Shown: in pieces, positions 1-6,351 of the stretch
Numbering within the stretch: position 1 is the stretch's first letter
Layout of the letters: every line of letters starts with the position of its first letter
From: a virus
IMG/VR virus record: IMGVR_UViG_3300034069_000373
Span: 1-40,078 of that record
Length of the DNA stretch: 40,078 nucleotides
Reading direction: 5' to 3' (one strand)
Made by a program: the position numbers and the translations under genes
Notes under the pieces: generated by a model
The model's database searches: none
Told to the model about the DNA's origin: nothing
What the model saw: only the letters and a program-made list of their open reading frames with translations

Positions 1-141
1 CAGAGATGACCCTATAGGCAAGGGTGTTCGCCGATTCAAGTCGCTTCATGATCAGAACGGCGCAGAGTCGTCCAAGTCGTCAAAGCCTGACGACGGGCGA
101 GGCGCTGGTGCAGGCGGGCGGCTGGCCTGACGCGGCGCGGG
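1..141. repeat. Terminal direct repeat, left copy (identical to 39938..40078); circular-closure overlap
   Basis: I aligned the first 141 nt (cagagatgaccctataggc...gacgcggcgcggg) base by base against the last 141 nt of the window. The repeat cuts through two genes (SSB-like 3' end and wHTH 5' end). Confidence 0.95.
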
Positions 142-339
142 CGCCGATGTCTGCTGCTCCTTTCGCTTGACCGACACACTGAAGAACTTTCCGTTCTTGC
201 CGTCTTTCAACCAAGCGTCAAAGAAGTACTCAACGCCCTCCACGTTCAGCGAACCCGTATACCCAGGCTGGCTGTCTTTGGTCTTGCGCTCATTCTTGAA
301 CAAGGCGCCCCTGTTTGTGTTGTCAAACTGCTGTGTCAT
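52..339 (-). CDS. Putative ssDNA-binding protein (small OB-like N-terminal part, Pro/Ala-rich linker, acidic C-terminal tip)
   Basis: 95-aa ORF with ATG preceded by caaggaagaaaa. The C-terminus ...SGFDDLDDSAPF resembles the acidic SSB/gp2.5-type tail (bacterial SSB ends in DDDIPF). The N-terminal RGALFKNE..PGYTG..AWLK..GKFFSVSV pattern recurs in small phage proteins annotated as SSB. Confidence 0.55.
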   Translation of the reverse strand: MTQQFDNTNRGALFKNERKTKDSQPGYTGSLNVEGVEYFFDAWLKDGKNGKFFSVSVKRKEQQTSAPAPRQASRPPAPAPRPSSGFDDLDDSAPF

Positions 340-1043
340 TTTTCTTCCTTGTTGTGCTGAGATGGCTGGGAGAGAGCGGCGTCGTAAAGCTCGGCAAAAC
401 TCATGACATCGAACAGCGCGAGAATCTCGGCATCGAACTTCTCCCGGAAGTCGGGGATGCCGGCCCCGACAGCGGTGCGAATCATCGCGCGCAGGGCTTC
501 CACCTTATGAAGAAGCGCACGGTGCTGCTGGAGATAGCGGGCGGCCATCTTCACGCGGCCGATGATGACGTGCTCGCCCTCGATGTCGGGCCACGGGGAG
601 GCGAAGCTGGCAGTCACACGGCGAAGCTCGTCGATCTGCGCCTCGCTCAGGCTCGGCACCTGTGCTGCGCCCGCCGGGGCTTCGGGCGCTGCTTCCTCGT
701 CTGTTTCGCCAAGGTAGACCGAGCCTTCAGGGTCGGCGGTGTAGACCGCGTACAAGCCCTCGCCGGAGTGTCCAGGCCCGTTCATCAGCGCGATCTCGCA
801 CGGCTCGCCGCCGAACATTTCGAGCAACTCGGTCGCTTGCTTGAAGTCGACCGTGATCTGTAAGGGCACCTGTGCTGCGCCCAGAGAGGCACGAGCCATT
901 TTCCAGCCAACGAATCGATCTTCGTCGCGCTGATGGATGTATTTACCATCCAAAAAGAGATGGCGTTCGAATATTGGGACGCCAGCTTCGACCATTGCGG
1001 CTTCGAACAATGCGCGCTCATCGGCGCTAGAGGGATTCGTCAT
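336..1043 (-). CDS. Mosaic three-module protein P1 (unknown function) with two GAAQVP linker repeats
   Basis: I chose the ATG at 1043 (MTNPSSADERA...) because it follows acaaggagaaagaaa; the tracked ORF extends to 1082. It contains ...ARASLGAAQVP... and ...PAGAAQVPSLS... and ends in AALSQPSQHNKEEK. Its stop overlaps the next start (ATGA). Confidence 0.8.
   Translation of the reverse strand: MTNPSSADERALFEAAMVEAGVPIFERHLFLDGKYIHQRDEDRFVGWKMARASLGAAQVPLQITVDFKQATELLEMFGGEPCEIALMNGPGHSGEGLYAVYTADPEGSVYLGETDEEAAPEAPAGAAQVPSLSEAQIDELRRVTASFASPWPDIEGEHVIIGRVKMAARYLQQHRALLHKVEALRAMIRTAVGAGIPDFREKFDAEILALFDVMSFAELYDAALSQPSQHNKEEK
361..381 (-). repeat. Shared 3' gene-boundary block in P1 (21 bp, reverse complement of 8787..8807)
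   Basis: cgccgctctctcccagccatc encodes AALSQPS just before the stop and the next RBS. Confidence 0.9.
643..677 (-). repeat. Linker repeat copy A (35 bp, exact reverse complement of 8323..8357; core 655..672)
   Basis: The reverse complement reads ccggcgggcgcagcacaggtgccgagcctgagcga and encodes PAGAAQVPSLSE in P1. Confidence 0.9.
864..890 (-). repeat. Linker repeat copy B (27 bp, exact reverse complement of 8092..8118; core 865..882)
   Basis: The reverse complement reads gcctctctgggcgcagcacaggtgccc and encodes ASLGAAQVP in P1. Confidence 0.9.
1012..1034 (-). repeat. Shared 5' gene-boundary block in P1 (23 bp, reverse complement of 7885..7907)
   Basis: ccctctagcgccgatgagcgcgc encodes PSSADERA. 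It is preceded in both genes by cacaaggagaaag...atgac. Confidence 0.9.
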
Positions 1044-1233
1044 TTTCTTTCTCCTTGTGTTTACAGCCGATGCACCCTGCATCGACCTTTCCTAAATCGC
1101 TTTTGGTGTATTCGCACACTGGGCTCATGCGGAACGGGGTTAGCACCATCTCGCGGGTTCCGTCTGGGCTCCAGCCATCTTGTTGGGGGATCTTGCTCAC
1201 GAACGGCTTTCGGTTGTGGCACCCGTTAGCCAC
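1027..1233 (-). CDS. Hypothetical protein (68 aa, GTG start)
   Basis: The ORF is in the track. Its GTG start overlaps the upstream stop (GTGGCTAA). It fits a chain of translationally coupled genes. Confidence 0.5.
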   Translation of the reverse strand: MANGCHNRKPFVSKIPQQDGWSPDGTREMVLTPFRMSPVCEYTKSDLGKVDAGCIGCKHKEKENDESL

Positions 1234-1369
1234 GCTTCAGCCCGATCGCATCGCCTGTAATGCACAGAGCACGCCAGACAATTTCGTCGTGCACGTATAT
1301 GCCAGCAGCGACGAGGTCGAGGATTCGCATGGCCTCCCGCTCCTCTTCGTTCATTGCGGTGCGGGTCAT
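1226..1369 (-). CDS. Hypothetical small protein (47 aa: MTRTAMNEEEREAMRILDLVAAGIYVHDEIVWRALCITGDAIGLKRG)
   Basis: Below the 60-aa track cutoff, so I translated it by hand. It has an ATGA overlap with the stop of 1366..1632, and it fills an otherwise unexplained gap in a coupled operon. Confidence 0.5.
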   Translation of the reverse strand: MTRTAMNEEEREAMRILDLVAAGIYVHDEIVWRALCITGDAIGLKRG

Positions 1370-1632
1370 GCTGGCGTGCTTTCACGGGTCGGCACTGGAA
1401 GCCATGTCAGCGTTTCGTCGCGGGCGTCGTCACCGGGATCGCGGATGGGGCGGAGCCAACGATCCCCGATACCTATATGCCCCGACCTAGCAGGCGGCTC
1501 TACATACCACATCGGTCCAACGTTAGACATTTCGTCCCACCGACGAACACAACGAACAATAGAACCAATCGCATTTGCAGCATGCGGGGGGCAAGCTACA
1601 ACAATAGCCAGATCTCCTGGTTTGCAGTTCAC
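1366..1632 (-). CDS. Conserved phage hypothetical protein (88 aa, GTG start, MNCKPGDLAIVV...)
   Basis: The ORF is in the track. The N-terminal KPGDLAIVV..N.G.IV motif recurs in prophage proteins of unknown function. GTGA overlap with the upstream gene. Confidence 0.65.
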   Translation of the reverse strand: MNCKPGDLAIVVACPPHAANAIGSIVRCVRRWDEMSNVGPMWYVEPPARSGHIGIGDRWLRPIRDPGDDARDETLTWLPVPTRESTPA

Positions 1633-1787
1633 GTCGCTTCTCCTTGCTTAGCTTGCGGCACACGAGCCGCCTTGATCTTCTTGCGAATCCACACCACGCC
1701 GCCGAGCTGCTTGAGCTTTTCCCAGTCTTCAGCAGTGAGGCGGATGGCGCTGGGCTTCAGCGGCTTTTCAGGTTTAAGTCTTGGCAT
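1629..1787 (-). CDS. Small basic protein, possible ribbon-helix-helix type DNA binder (52 aa: MPRLKPEKPLKPSAIRLTAEDWEKLKQLGGVVWIRKKIKAARVPQAKQGEAT)
   Basis: Hand translation (below the track cutoff). There is no Shine-Dalgarno sequence. The ATG lies 6 nt downstream of a good -10 hexamer, which suggests a leaderless mRNA. The stop overlaps the next GTG start. Confidence 0.5.
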   Translation of the reverse strand: MPRLKPEKPLKPSAIRLTAEDWEKLKQLGGVVWIRKKIKAARVPQAKQGEAT

Positions 1788-1793
1788 GTTGCT

Positions 1794-1821
1794 AGTGTAG
1801 CGCATGCCGTAGCGCGGTCAA
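1794..1821 (-). promoter_or_regulatory. Sigma70-like promoter TTGACC-16 nt-TACACT, 6 nt upstream of the ATG at 1787 (leaderless geometry)
   Basis: The minus strand reads TTGACCgcgctacggcatgcgcTACACTagcaacATG. The -35 overlaps the stop of 1818..2249. Confidence 0.5.
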
Positions 1822-2249
1822 CTATTTCTTTTCAACGCCAGCAACTTCTCCCTGATGTGCGCCGGCATCGCGGATGCTGCAGCACGGTCCTTCAGGATCT
1901 TCTCTAGCGCAGGATCGACGAGAGGCTTCTCAACGATGGCGACGGGCTCCCAGTCGAGCCACCGCTCTTGGTTGAGGTACACCACAGGCGCACAGATAAA
2001 CGCCCCGTTGTCCTTGAGCCAGTCCGGCTGCGTCTTCATCCATTCGACGTGCTGGACGATCAGGGAGGCACTGGCTGCGCATCCTTTGGTTGCCCACTTG
2101 TCGAGTGACTGCTGCTTGGCGACTTTGCGGGTTCCGCTAGGCCACGCTGCCCAGAAGTCTACGAAGCCGTGTGCGGCGTTCAGGAGTCCTCTGGCGGGGG
2201 TTGTGCGGGGGGTGGTGATGTGATCGCCGAAGAGGTCAAGCATTGGCAT
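1818..2249 (-). CDS. Conserved phage protein of unknown function (143 aa)
   Basis: I chose the ATG at 2249 (MPMLDLFGD...), or alternatively 2243, because it overlaps the stop of the upstream gene; the tracked ORF extends to 2315. The FWAAWP..K..K..S..KW ... VYLNQERWLDW pattern resembles phage proteins often found near replication genes. No function can be assigned by eye. Confidence 0.65.
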   Translation of the reverse strand: MPMLDLFGDHITTPRTTPARGLLNAAHGFVDFWAAWPSGTRKVAKQQSLDKWATKGCAASASLIVQHVEWMKTQPDWLKDNGAFICAPVVYLNQERWLDWEPVAIVEKPLVDPALEKILKDRAAASAMPAHIREKLLALKRNS

Positions 2250-2679
2250 CTCCGGTCGCCCTAGCAATGGCTTTCGCAAGCGCATCACCGGCAGGCGTGC
2301 CGATAAGGTCAACACATTCGTCCAATGCTTTCTGAGCAGCGTTTAACAGCGTCCGTTCTGCACTCACCATCAACCGCTCAAAGTCACGATTGAATATCTC
2401 AGACGCGTGTACCGAGAGTTCACCACCGTCTTTCACGATCCAATCCCCTATCTCCAAATGAACCCACTCGTGAGCAAGCTTCACGATCAGGCAAGGAGGG
2501 GAGTCGTCCACAAAACGGCAGTGTCCATTCCCGATCGCTTCGAGTAGCCAGCGAGGCCTGTCACCACGCGACCCCGCGTAATTGTTGAACCTGTACGCCT
2601 CCACTCGCACTGCTTTCCGCATGAACGGACCGTACGTCTCGGTGCCGTGCGATCCGTTTTTCTCAACTGTCATTCCCAT
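2236..2679 (-). CDS. Hypothetical protein (147 aa)
   Basis: The ATG at 2679 (MGMTVEKNG...) is preceded by cacaaggagaaagcc, the same RBS context seen at several other genes here. Confidence 0.65.
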   Translation of the reverse strand: MGMTVEKNGSHGTETYGPFMRKAVRVEAYRFNNYAGSRGDRPRWLLEAIGNGHCRFVDDSPPCLIVKLAHEWVHLEIGDWIVKDGGELSVHASEIFNRDFERLMVSAERTLLNAAQKALDECVDLIGTPAGDALAKAIARATGDANA

Positions 2680-3010
2680 GGCTTTCTCCTTGTGAATCAA
2701 ACACCCATAGACCGGTCATAGAAGGGGTTGGGTGATCCCCCTCCTTTTCTCTGCTGCTGGCCTGATACCTGAATAGTCTTCATCGAGAGCTGACGATTTA
2801 AGAGAGTGGTGAGTTCTCAAGCACGTCCCTGCTTCCCTGGATCACCCTTTGACGCTCTGTTCACAAACTTAGATGGCCGTCCGTTGTTTGCCTGGCCCCC
2901 TTCAGCGCCAGTCTTTTCAGGTTCGGGGTTAGGTTCCGTCTCCGTGTTTCTTGAGTGCAGCCCATGCAGGCCCAGTTGCTAACGCGCTCTGACGAACGGC
3001 AATCGCAGAC

Positions 3011-3095
3011 GAAAAAAAGCCAGTTACTGCTGCTCTCCGGTCGCACCCTCCCTGTGACAGGAGGCGGAAAGCATGAGTAACTGGCTTCAATTTTC
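3011..3095. terminator. Long imperfect hairpin with U-tracts on both strands (bidirectional intrinsic-terminator-like element)
   Basis: The arms gccagttact (3019..3028) and agtaactggc (3076..3085) enclose an inner stem cctcc/ggagg. The plus strand has A7 at 3012..3018, giving T7 after the stem on the minus strand. The plus strand reads ttcaatttt after the stem. The element lies directly downstream of the minus-strand gene 3153..3371. Confidence 0.65.
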
Positions 3096-3152
3096 GGTGT
3101 GCGACGACCGATGCCAGAAGTATCGCCTATGCGGCGAGGTCAGTCAACAGGC

Positions 3153-3371
3153 TCAAACAGAAAGCTCCATGACGACGATGGGGTCGTACCATTCTGCGCA
3201 AAAAAGGACACGGCAACGCTTGTCGTTCTCCGTCATTGCGTCTAGTGCCTGCCGCATTGCCTGCTTTGCGTTAGGCGCATCTTCGCCCTGCTGCTTCCAG
3301 CGGCGATGCCCATAGCGGCGCGTCTGTCCGACGTAGTAGCCCGATGGTGCGTGAATGTGAACGCGAGTCAT
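3153..3371 (-). CDS. Hypothetical small protein (72 aa)
   Basis: The ORF is in the track. ATGA overlap with the upstream gene. It is the last gene before the hairpin/terminator. Confidence 0.55.
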   Translation of the reverse strand: MTRVHIHAPSGYYVGQTRRYGHRRWKQQGEDAPNAKQAMRQALDAMTENDKRCRVLFCAEWYDPIVVMELSV

Positions 3372-3559
3372 TTCGTCTCCTTGCTAGCGATGCCACGCTT
3401 GATGCTATCCCGCCTGTGAGCGTCCGCACGCCCGTTCTCTTGGTTGACTACATCGATGGCGCCCTTGAGGCGTGTGGGCGGTTGTAGGCCGTTCTTTCGG
3501 TACTGCGTGTCTGCGCGGGGCGGGGTGATGGTGAACTCACCGGGGGTGAAGGCGTTCAT
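3368..3559 (-). CDS. Hypothetical small basic protein (63 aa)
   Basis: The ORF is in the track. ATGA-type overlaps on both sides. Confidence 0.55.
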   Translation of the reverse strand: MNAFTPGEFTITPPRADTQYRKNGLQPPTRLKGAIDVVNQENGRADAHRRDSIKRGIASKETK

Positions 3560-4005
3560 GCTGGGACTACCTTTCCTAGTCCTGCATTACGCAAAGCCCG
3601 TTCGTTGTTAAAACCATAAGCAACGAGGCAGATCGGAGCGCCAGAGTTGGCGAGGGCACGGCGTCCGTCAACGAAATGGAAATGCGGGCGCCCCTTCATA
3701 AACAGGATCGCGTCTGCAACATCCCAGATGCACTCGTAGAACATGGCTGTCTCGGTGCGAGCTGGGACTAGCGCAATGCCATTGCCATGTTGCACCAGCT
3801 TGCGAAGCCACTTCACAGCCTCTCGGCCGAAAGGAGGGTTCAGCCACACGCGGCCCTCCCACTTCTGAACAAGACCATCGTCAGCTTTGCTGAAGTGCTT
3901 CGTGGCAAGATCCCACGGCCGCACAACTGGCGCGCACGGGTCAAGGTCGAACGTGCCAAGCGCCGAAACGATCGCCGGCGGTGTTAGCCACTCGTCGTTT
4001 TTCAT
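3556..4005 (-). CDS. Phage Dam-family DNA N6-adenine methyltransferase (149 aa)
   Basis: I chose the ATG at 4005 (MKNDEWLTPP...). The sequence EWLTPP...FDLDPCA...W.GRVWLNPPFGRE...W matches the small phage N6-adenine MTase family, with NPPF as catalytic motif IV. Confidence 0.8.
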   Translation of the reverse strand: MKNDEWLTPPAIVSALGTFDLDPCAPVVRPWDLATKHFSKADDGLVQKWEGRVWLNPPFGREAVKWLRKLVQHGNGIALVPARTETAMFYECIWDVADAILFMKGRPHFHFVDGRRALANSGAPICLVAYGFNNERALRNAGLGKVVPA

Positions 4006-4031
4006 GGCGGCACTTTGATGAGATGAAAGGC

Positions 4032-5045
4032 TCACTTCACACCTCCAACACTGCAAGACGGAGCCACGACAGCCGTGCAGCAGCACGACACCGGACGGTC
4101 ACGGTAGACGGTGCGCGTCCGGGTCTTGTAGACGACCTCCGGGGGCAAGGTGACGGTGTTTGTTTGAACGACGACGGCGGGTCGAATCGGCATCTGGCAA
4201 GCCACCGTGCTGATTGCGGTCACAAAGCCCTGCACCTGAACCTGCCCGCTCGCGCCGGCCTGTCCGCCAACATCTTTCACGAAGCCACCAAAGCTGAATC
4301 CGGCGCCGCTCGCGCGCGACAGTGCTTCGATTCGAATGATTGACTGTTCGCCCCAGACGATCGTGGTCTCGATCAGGGAACCATCTGGAGCGAAGCCGGT
4401 CGGCACTTTCTCGATGATGTAGCGCTTCTCACCTTCGGGCACGTCCTTCGCATACTCATCCCAGCCGGCGAACTGACGCTGATCGGGCGTGAACGTATTG
4501 CGCATGATCGCGTACACCGGCTCGCGGTAGATCGCCTGCCGGGGGCCGCATGCCGTCACGGTCGGTTGCCCGCCCACGCCAGCCATCGGCGGCAAACCGG
4601 GCGCGAACAGCACGGGCGGCAGGAAAACCGAACCTCGGCTCTTATCCACGTATGTGTCGCCGCTGCCGGATTGGTTGCCTTGGATGACGACGCCGGACGA
4701 GTTCTGGTTCTGGTTCGTCAGGGACTGGCCTTGCTGCTGTTGCTGGCGCTGGGCTGCAGATCCGCCCAGGCCGACGCCACCGGCACCGCCGAGGGCCTGC
4801 GCGTTGCCACCTGCTGCGAGGGCTGCAGACTGCGCGGCTGCGTTGGATTGAGCGCCAGCAATGCCGACGCCGATGCCAGCGCCACCACCACCTCCGCCTC
4901 CGCCGTTGTTGGTTGTGCCGCCATTGGTGCCGCTAGGGCACAGACCGCCTGCGTAGTATTCCTTGGGGATGCCATCAGCGCAGTTGGTCGCATTGGCAGC
5001 GCCCATGCAGGACAGGACGACGAGACAGATCAGAGTGTTTTTCAC
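4032..5045 (-). CDS. Secreted Gly/Gln-rich protein of unknown function (337 aa, GTG start)
   Basis: The N-terminus (M)KNTLICLVVLSCMGAANA|TN looks like a Sec signal peptide with an AxA cleavage site. It is followed by a G8 run, GA-rich and Q5-rich low-complexity sequence, a roughly 190-aa globular part, and a Cys-rich tail PVSCCCTAVVAPSCSVGGVK. GTGA overlap with the exonuclease stop. Confidence 0.75.
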   Translation of the reverse strand: MKNTLICLVVLSCMGAANATNCADGIPKEYYAGGLCPSGTNGGTTNNGGGGGGGGAGIGVGIAGAQSNAAAQSAALAAGGNAQALGGAGGVGLGGSAAQRQQQQQGQSLTNQNQNSSGVVIQGNQSGSGDTYVDKSRGSVFLPPVLFAPGLPPMAGVGGQPTVTACGPRQAIYREPVYAIMRNTFTPDQRQFAGWDEYAKDVPEGEKRYIIEKVPTGFAPDGSLIETTIVWGEQSIIRIEALSRASGAGFSFGGFVKDVGGQAGASGQVQVQGFVTAISTVACQMPIRPAVVVQTNTVTLPPEVVYKTRTRTVYRDRPVSCCCTAVVAPSCSVGGVK

Positions 5046-5665
5046 AGGACACCTTGGATGGTTGAGAGTGTTTGTTGAACTAGCGAAAGAAATTCAGCGC
5101 GCCGCTCAGAGAGGCGAGAAAGCTCCGTTGTGCAATCTTCGCGGTGTAGCCGATGTGTGATGAGTTGCTTTTCGTCTGGGAAATCAGCGCAATAGCTGAC
5201 GAAATCGACCCAGTTGCGGTTAGTGCAGTCAAGGTGACCCACCATCTGCCAGCGGTAGGCGGGGTCGAAGCTGCTGCGAAGCAGTGTTGCGTAGTGGACT
5301 GGAGCAATTACCGACTTGATTTCGATGACCCCATCGTCGCCGACAAGCCCATCAGGCGAGTCACCGTATGAGTACCAGTCAAAAAACCCCCCGTTTGATA
5401 CGGCAACGTAGTTCTCTTCTTCGTAGAGCATTCGGGCGACTGGCTCCTGTTCGTGACCACGCTCCGTATGCTCATTGGAGAAACTGAATTCGGCTTTCTT
5501 GCCAGTGGCGATTTCAAGGGCGATTTGCAAGGCGTACCGCTTTGCAGGTTCACCGAACGCCTTGCCATCGTTTGCCATGAAGCATCCGAAGTTTGAGCCA
5601 GTCACCTTGCCGCAGCGCAGAGCGGACCAAGCATCCGAATTCTGTTCAACGTCGTGGAAGATCAC
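5042..5665 (-). CDS. YqaJ-like viral recombinase-domain exonuclease (lambda Exo/PD-(D/E)XK superfamily)
   Basis: ...HDVEQNSDAWSALRCGKVTGSNF... is the typical YqaJ N-terminus, and ...DGVIEIKS... is nuclease-core like. I chose the GTG at 5665 because it overlaps the upstream stop (GTGA). An ATG at 5716 is the alternative start. Confidence 0.75.
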   Translation of the reverse strand: MIFHDVEQNSDAWSALRCGKVTGSNFGCFMANDGKAFGEPAKRYALQIALEIATGKKAEFSFSNEHTERGHEQEPVARMLYEEENYVAVSNGGFFDWYSYGDSPDGLVGDDGVIEIKSVIAPVHYATLLRSSFDPAYRWQMVGHLDCTNRNWVDFVSYCADFPDEKQLITHRLHREDCTTELSRLSERRAEFLSLVQQTLSTIQGVL

Positions 5666-6204
5666 GATACCTGCCCCTGATCCGAGAACACTTCGGGCGC
5701 TTTCTCGGCTTCGCACTCGTCCATGAGTTGTTCTTGGTGCTCACGACTCATGGAGGCGCGGGCCAGCACTTGAGAAAGATCGCCGTCGCGCTTGAACGCA
5801 GCCTTTGCAAAAGCCCATGCTTTCGTCATTTGCGGCGTCACCGCACGGCGTTCCGGCGCTTTCGGGCTGATCCGCAGACCGTCGACAGTATCCTTGGCAA
5901 ACCGCACGTTGTGGTCTACGTAGACGGTGATGCGCATATCACGCCAGTCATCGATGAAAGGCGAGCCAGCCAAGCCCTTCATGGTCTTGCTGTTGGTCGC
6001 GTTCAAAATCATGGGCTTCAGCTTCTCGCCCGGTCGAAGTTCTTGCTCCACGAAATGAGCCGTGTTGAAGCGGTCCTTCGTTTTCTTGGTGCGGTCGATT
6101 TCGAGGGTGACATGGCTGACAGTCAAAATCGTCGGCTCAACGATGTCGGCGCTGCTCAGGTATGGTGAGTCGAACGCCTTGCGATAGTGTGTTTTTTCAG
6201 TCAT
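5662..6204 (-). CDS. Conserved phage protein of unknown function (180 aa)
   Basis: The ORF is in the track. The pattern YRKAFDSPYLSSADI...LTV..V...KPMILNATNSKT...W....ITVYVD..V.....V.GLRI recurs in phage recombination/early modules. No function can be assigned by eye. Confidence 0.7.
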   Translation of the reverse strand: MTEKTHYRKAFDSPYLSSADIVEPTILTVSHVTLEIDRTKKTKDRFNTAHFVEQELRPGEKLKPMILNATNSKTMKGLAGSPFIDDWRDMRITVYVDHNVRFAKDTVDGLRISPKAPERRAVTPQMTKAWAFAKAAFKRDGDLSQVLARASMSREHQEQLMDECEAEKAPEVFSDQGQVS

Positions 6205-6210
6205 GTCAGT

Positions 6211-6351
6211 TCACTTGAAGTAGATAGCGGCAGCGATGAATCCGAGGATGAGCGCCATCGTCACGAGATAGCCGGCCAGAGCACGGCCAAGGCCGGTGCA
6301 GTTGACGCGCTCTTCGGGGAGTTCGGCGGGGATGGTGTTGGGGTCGATCAT
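6211..6351 (-). CDS. Small membrane protein (46 aa, C-terminal TM segment)
   Basis: The ATG at 6351 is preceded by caaggagacgccaa and has an ATGA overlap with the upstream stop. The hydrophobic C-terminus is LAGYLVTMALILGFIAAAIYFK. The longer tracked ORFs in this region have junk-like sequence at their 5' ends. Confidence 0.55.
   Translation of the reverse strand: MIDPNTIPAELPEERVNCTGLGRALAGYLVTMALILGFIAAAIYFK

Noticed and set aside
1-141. Terminal repeat considered as a genuine phage direct terminal repeat or cos region.
   Set aside because: The boundaries fall inside two coding sequences with no terminase-site-like features. The length equals a common assembler k-mer. The TerL type suggests headful packaging. 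This is retained as a low-interest finding with a test.
2861-3046. 61-aa minus-strand ORF inside the non-coding island.
   Set aside because: It runs through the terminator hairpin, has no RBS, and its sequence (Cys/Arg/Ser-rich) does not look protein-like.
4860-4925. GC-rich GGN-codon run encoding G8 in the secreted protein, considered as a slipped-strand phase-variation tract.
   Set aside because: The DNA is a mixture of ggc/gga/ggt codons, not a homopolymer or perfect short tandem repeat, so slippage-based switching is unlikely.
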